64,000 nt of DNA from contig CP145411.1 of NCBI GenBank assembly GCA_036867785.1, positions 1,736,001 through 1,800,000 on the forward strand, written 5' to 3'. Below are positions 58,276-64,000 of this stretch, piece after piece (position 1 is the first letter of the stretch; each line of letters begins with the position of its first letter). The DNA comes from Plasmodiophora brassicae (Eukaryota). A program made the translations under genes and the position numbers. The notes under the pieces were generated by a model. The model had not been told where the DNA came from. It was given only the letters and a program-made list of their open reading frames with translations, and ran no database searches.

Positions 58276-59512
58276 ATGACATCGCTTGTGGCGTTCCCCG
58301 CGTTCTTCGCCCTCGGCCTGTCCAACAATATCGGGTACGTCGTCGTCAGCGCGCTGGCGGACCCCATGATGAAGGAATTCGGAAAGCTCGACCTGATCGG
58401 GCTCGTCACGCTCGCCATGGGCATCGGGACCGTCCTCGTCTCAGGTACGTCGAGGCGCGCGCGCCCCCATGCCCCCCGGCGACATCCCTGACCGCATGTC
58501 GCGTAGCGTCGAACTTGTTCATGACGAGCCTGAGCATGAGCAGCCGCGTGGTGACCGCGCTGGCGTGCAGCGTGCTCGGCGCGCTGCTGCTGACGCTGAC
58601 GATCCAGGCCGTGCTGTCCGCATCGATCGTCGCCATCATTCTCATATCGTGCGCGTCGTCGTTCGGCGAGATCGCCATCCTGTCGTCGATGTCGCGGTTC
58701 CCCGACGGCAGCCTGGGCATGTGGACGGCGGGCACCGGCGCCGCCGGCATCCTCGGCACCGCCTTCGCGCTCCTCACGAAGAGCGCTGGCGCTGATCTCA
58801 GGTCGGTGATCGTCGGGCCGTCGTGCCCGACCCGTGCCTAACCGTGGCTGTCAGGACGCGCGTGTCGATCGGCCTGTTCCCAGCGGCGGCGCTCTTCGCG
58901 CTGTGCTACCCGCTGGCGAAGCGAAGCGCGGACCAGGACCCGGACGCGGCCCTGGCACACAAGATGCCGGCGCGCCTGACGACGACGCGCGTTGCGGGCG
59001 CCCTGCGTTCGGCCTGGGTCCACATCGGCAACGTCGCCTGGATGTATTTCGTGGTGGCCGCCATGCACGGCCTGCTGGCGTCCCGCTGCCAGGCCCTGGC
59101 GACATCCAGCGCGGGCAAGCAGCCGTCCTGGGCCGTCCAGCATTCGCTGGAGATCCTCATCCTCTGCATGCAGTCGGGCATCTTCGTCGCGCGGTCGTCG
59201 TTGTCGTTCGTGACGATTCGCCGGTTCTCGCTGATCCTGGTGCCGCTGACGGCCACCTTCGCCCTGTTCGTCGCGCACGTTCGCGCCCCGTTCATGCCGC
59301 TCGAGGCGCAGTTCGCCCTGATGGGCCTGACGGGCCTCCTGTCCGGGGCGACGTACGCCAACGCGCTGTACGATATGACAAAGAGGTACGACAACCCGAT
59401 TCCGATTCGGGATCAGCCGCTCTGCGTCACCCTGGCCGGGACGGGCGGCGCCCTGGCCGCCGTCCTGTCGTCCGTTCTCCAGGTCGTGGCTGGGTCCCAG
59501 GGCTGGCTCTGA
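58276..59512 (+). CDS. CLN3: CLN3/battenin family membrane protein
   Basis: FFALGLSNNIGYVVVSA, SSFGEIAILS, WTAGTGAAGILG, QSGIFVARSS, GLLSGATYAN; two introns. Confidence 0.85.
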
Positions 59513-59591
59513 CCGTCGAATACACGTCTCCTGCGCGCTCGCCCCACCGACTGCGACAGCGAGCGGGTGTATTCCTTCGGGGCAGAGGCGA

Positions 59592-61538
59592 TTACGAGTT
59601 TCGACGGGCGGGGGACTGCAGGCCTGGCGAGGCCTGCAGGGACGCGGACCCCGACCCGATCAGCCACTTCATCAGGGACATGTACCCTCGTCGCAGCGCC
59701 GTCGGTTCGAACACGTACCTGGGCGGTCGCTCAGTTTCGACAGATGACGTGCGACGTGTACTGCTTACGTGTAGCAAAGCAGGGCGGACGACAGGGAGAA
59801 TCCGAGGACGTCCAGCCCGGGAACCGTCAGGCGAAGCCCTCGTTGGCGCGCGCTCCAGCACGCGTTCTGCCAAGGCACATACTATGAGCAATTGCTGTTA
59901 GCGCTGGGCGGGCGTCTGACCTTTGCAGCCGACTGCAAGGCATGCGACAGCGTGTACAGGGCCAGCTCGATCCGACGCGACGGCTTCTCGATGAACAGGG
60001 CGCAACCGGCAAACAGGCCCGTCACCAGGCCGGTCAGCTTGGGCGTTTGCATCCGAATGGCACTACTCGGGCACGCCCCATCAGACGGCGACGGGACAAT
60101 CGGGAACGGTGTAGCGGATCACCGCAACAGGCAGGCGCCCGTCCAGCCTAGCGCCATGTACGCGCCGACGAACATTGACGATCGGACGATACTGAGCAGC
60201 GTCTGGAGCGCCTGTTGGAGCGGGGCGGCCAGCAGTTGTCGCGTGCGGAAGAAGATCAGCGGCAGGCAGTACACGGGGACGTACAGCGGTATCGACCTGC
60301 AGGACCCTTCGACAAACTCCACTCTGCGGCAAACCGCCGTCAGCGTGCATCGCCCGTTGATGCCCCCACGTCCGGCTACGTACATGTTCGCCCAGGTGCA
60401 CGACTTGTACCTCGGGTGCAACAAGTCGCACGACGTGTGCTGCGAGTCGACGAACTCGTCGTATCCGAGGGCGAACCGGTCGGCGTTAACGGCGCGACGG
60501 ACGTCGTCGGGCAGCGGGATGCGGCCCTCCAGCACACCCCTGTAGGCGTCCCAGACGGGACGGTTCCGGGCGCTGCACGTGTCCAGGAACCGGGCAAACA
60601 CCGGATCCAGCGATGCCCGGTTGAACATCCACGCCCAGGTGATCTGCCCGGACGACAGCGACATGAGCAGGACGTCCGCGTGTGGGATCTCGGGAATGAT
60701 CCCGCGGCGAACGAGAAGATGGCAGGCCACCTCCAGGCTTCGAATCCCAAAGAACACGGATAGCGGGACACGCGATGACGCCGGCGCCAGCAGCAACGAC
60801 AGGCCAGCGGCGGCGCCGGCGAGCACAATCCTACCAGAGCGCGTCAGGGTCATGCATGCTGTCGCCCAGAGGTAACGCTCGGACGTACGCTAGTCGCGAC
60901 CTGCACACGTCCCCATCCGCCTCGTCAGCGGCACACAGGGCGTCTCGTTCGCTCAGTAACATGCCGACCTCGAACACGCTCAGGAACGTCCCGACGAAGG
61001 ACCCAAACTCGAAAGCCTCCTTCAGGCACAGCGCGTCACTGTTTAGAATACGCGCCCCGTCAGAGCACGTCTGCAACGGACCCGCTGCAGTGTATGGATA
61101 GTACAATGGGCGCTTGATCTGCCGGCCGTCCCTACGGCCGCGCCGCAACACGAGTTTCGATACAGTGAACATGCTTTGCACTGTGCCAGTACCGGGGATG
61201 GATTAGCGCGGGGGGCGAGCGACGCGACACAATCAAGCGACGCACATAGAGTTCCAACAGCGAATCCTTTCCCAAAGCGACGAAACGCCCGTCGTAGAAT
61301 GACGAGCAGGACGTCGGACCCCTTGAGCGGGGGTCGGTCCTCGGCGTGGTCTCCGGGGCCGTCCGGGAACCTACACCGAGACGTGCGTGGTCAGCGGCGC
61401 GCGCCCCCGTGTTGCGACCGGCACCGACGGCGACACGACATCGGTCGGGTAGTGATCCAGCCGCCTGGTGTCCTGGCGCAGGGCGGCCAGGTTGAGGTCG
61501 GCGCCCAGCGACTCCCACCGCGTCAGGTTGACCTCCAT
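59592..61538 (-). CDS. TMEM135: TMEM135-like membrane protein
   Basis: FGSFVGTFLSVF, PHADVLLMSLSSGQITWAW, CDLLHPRYKSC, PLYVPVYCLP, SIVRSSMFVGAY; multi-exon, ends approximate. Confidence 0.75.
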
Positions 61539-61767
61539 GACACCCGCCCAACTCCGCAATGACACGCCCCCCTTGTAGCACCACTGGCCACCCGCATGAC
61601 CCTGTGCTGTCCCTCCCAAAAAAAAGACGACACGCCGGGCCCCTCAACGTGTCCAAAAAAACAAACGTTCACGTCATGCGGCGGTATCGATTTTGTCAGG
61701 TCCGTGCTGCACCTCCACCACGGCCGGGTCTGTCTGAAAGAGTGCGGTCGGCGGTCTGTTCCGGAGG

Positions 61768-63153
61768 ATGGCGACGCAGCGTCGGCGGTCGGCCGGCGGC
61801 AACGTCGGGCGTCGCCGCCAGTGGGCGACGCTGTACGACGGAGCGTCGGTGCGGGGATCGGTGCTGATGGTATGTCGTTGTCGCGCAGGCTCGGCGTCAC
61901 GGGCGCGGATGCGGACGACGCCGACGACCAGTTCGACTTGGTGCCGTCGCATACGCATGTCGACACCGTCGACAAGGATGTGGCCCGGTCGCTCTGCAAC
62001 TATGACGTCTGCCAGGGGTGGCCCCTGGAACGCCTGTCCGGTCCGCCACGACGCGATTGCAATCCTGTCTCATGTTCCAACGCAGGGAACGGGAGCGCGC
62101 CAAACTGTCGCGGATCATAAACCGTATCATGTCGCGTCATGCCGGCCACCTGCATTACATCCAGGGGTACCACGACATCTGCTCCGTTGTCCTAATCGCC
62201 TGCGACTACGACGAGCGCCTCGCCCTGGCTATCTGCGATCGCCTGTCCCGGGTCCACCTACGGTCCCCCATCGCTCCCTCGCACCGTTCCTGCTATTGAT
62301 GAGAGGTGTGTAGGGAGTTTCTGCGCCCATCGCTGGATGTGGTGGTGGAGGTGCTGAACCTGTTGTTCCCGCTGCTGGAGTGCCTGGACCCGGCGGTGGC
62401 CCGGTTCCTGCACCGTGCGAACATCCAGTCCTTCTTCGCGCTGAGCTGGGTCCTGACCTGGTTCAGCCACACGATTTACAAGTTCGACGTGGTCGTCCGC
62501 ATCTTTGACTTCCTGATTGTATCCCACCCGACCATGCCGCTCTACATTGCTGCCGCCGTGGGTCGTCATTCCGTCGCACGTGATTCGCTTGCTGACTGCC
62601 GTTCGTAGTTTGTCCATCAGCATCGCGGTAACCTGCTGCGATTGGAATGTGACATGCCGGCCATCCACCATTACTTCCAGCAGCAGAACGAGGTATCGAA
62701 CTGCTGTGTGTCAACGTTTCCGACTGGCAGCTTGACAGGTCTGCCTAATAGGTCGACCTGGACAGCGTGCTGCCGCTAGCTCGTATCCTATACCGACGGT
62801 TTCCCGTATGAGTGGCGCTGTTGCCACCGATTGTCGACGCTGTCTGACGGTGTTCGTCTTCAGCCTCGCGACCTGTTCAGACAATATCGACCTCGAATTC
62901 CGCTCGAGTCAGTGTCCTTGCTACGACCTCTGGGGAACGCTCTGACTCATCGTTGCTCAGCTCGTTGCTCCCAAGGTCGGACATCGGGAAGCTGTACAGT
63001 GAGGGGTGGCCACCGTCGACGAAGCCAATGTCCGGGTTCCATACGTTCCCAAGGTCCACAACGACGCCGGAGCCGCCCCTGATTAGTTCTCGTGTTTCTC
63101 ATCGCCCTTCTTTGGTAGTGTCTACAGCGTCAATGCGGTCCCGATGCTGCTGA
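61768..63153 (+). CDS. TBC1D20: Rab-GAP TBC1D20/GYP8-like
   Basis: VDKDVARSL, LHYIQGYHDICSV, FFALSWVLTWFSH, RIFDFLIVSHPTMPLYIAAA, LECDMPAIH; many introns, 3' end approximate. Confidence 0.85.
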
Positions 63154-63278
63154 TTGCCGTCTGGGCCATCATTCTGTGGCAGTTGTTACACTACCTGACA
63201 GGGTCGTAATGTTGCGGATACCTTCGCCAGACGCCCGCAGACAGCGGCGCGGACTGCTATGATGTTTACGTACTTGCT

Positions 63279-64000
63279 TCACAACAAGACAACGATGAAG
63301 AACGATAGGGCCACGGGGACGGCAGTAGCAGAGACCAGGGCGGGTGCACCTGACGATGGCACCAACTTCGAGGCACTGAGAATCGATGCAATGTTCACGT
63401 GCGGGTAACGCTGCTTGACGTGGACAACGCCTGCAGCAGCCCCGGCCGACAGCAAGGTGCCGGTAACGATCTTCTTCGCGCCGTGCTTCCACGCGCCGGA
63501 TAACCTCTGCGTCACCGTTGGGGGTATCAGCGCTCGTTCCGCGTTCCCCAGTGCCCATCTCGTCGCCATCCAAAAGGCGGCGAGCGCCAGCACGCCACCA
63601 GCAGCCGTGTCCAGCGCGCTCGGAGATGCCGATTGCAACGTCTTCCAGGTCGTTTTCGGCCTCTGTGTCCACATGGCCCTGTTCTCGGTGACAAGTCCGA
63701 CGATGACCGAGAACGGATGTTGCTCCCTGTCAGGGCTTCCCGCCTGACGTCTCCTTTCCAGCGCCTGCACCGAGTAAGACCGTGGCCGGTTCGAGGCAAC
63801 GGTGCCGTTTACCCTGTCCACGATGAGTTGAGGCAAAGAAGCGTCGCTGCTGTTGTTGCTACTGATGTCGCCGTCGTCGCCGTTGCTCTTGTCTCTGGCG
63901 AAGGATCGAACAATGCCAGCAACGTCGGTCTGCACCACACCTCGCGGTTTAGTTTCAAATGGCCCGATGCGAAATGGAACACGGACCAGGTTGAGCATCC
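63279..64000 (-). CDS. 3' part of an unknown membrane protein (runs off the window)
   Basis: Open frame of at least 239 aa with hydrophobic segments (GVLALAAFWMA; VPVALSFFIVVLL); no family recognised. Confidence 0.4.
   Translation of the reverse strand, partial: MLNLVRVPFRIGPFETKPRGVVQTDVAGIVRSFARDKSNGDDGDISSNNSSDASLPQLIVDRVNGTVASNRPRSYSVQALERRRQAGSPDREQHPFSVIVGLVTENRAMWTQRPKTTWKTLQSASPSALDTAAGGVLALAAFWMATRWALGNAERALIPPTVTQRLSGAWKHGAKKIVTGTLLSAGAAAGVVHVKQRYPHVNIASILSASKLVPSSGAPALVSATAVPVALSFFIVVLL

Overview
Gene-dense, GC-rich eukaryotic DNA with about 33 genes, many short (about 50-65 nt) GT-AG introns and very short intergenic spacers. The style fits a compact protist genome such as a plasmodiophorid (Plasmodiophora-like); this is an inference, not proven by the sequence. 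Recognisable genes: ZC3H15/TMA46, a SpoU rRNA methyltransferase, a Nudix hydrolase, VAC14, WDR61/SKI8, OHCU decarboxylase, PGAM5, TSC1, a pepsin-family protease, TBC1D19, a family-6 UDG, a BIRC6-type E2, CHMP7, xylulokinase, a divergent H3/H4 pair, PIBF1, POLA1, an AFG2-family AAA ATPase, CLN3, TMEM135 and TBC1D20. There is also a decayed, internally inverted pogo transposase. The most notable items are: (1) an intron-containing HypX/HoxX gene, the formyl-THF to CO enzyme of bacterial NiFe-hydrogenase maturation; (2) next to it, a protein with seven copies of an unfamiliar C-x3-QPPDG-x3-GC..H..C-x2-W repeat fused to TPRs; (3) a tail-anchored Ras-like pseudo-GTPase; (4) several effector-like proteins (secreted tandem kinase, secreted nucleoside-hydrolase-like protein, secreted NLS-bearing repeat protein, Crinkler-like domain protein). 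Exon boundaries were read by eye and some gene ends are approximate.
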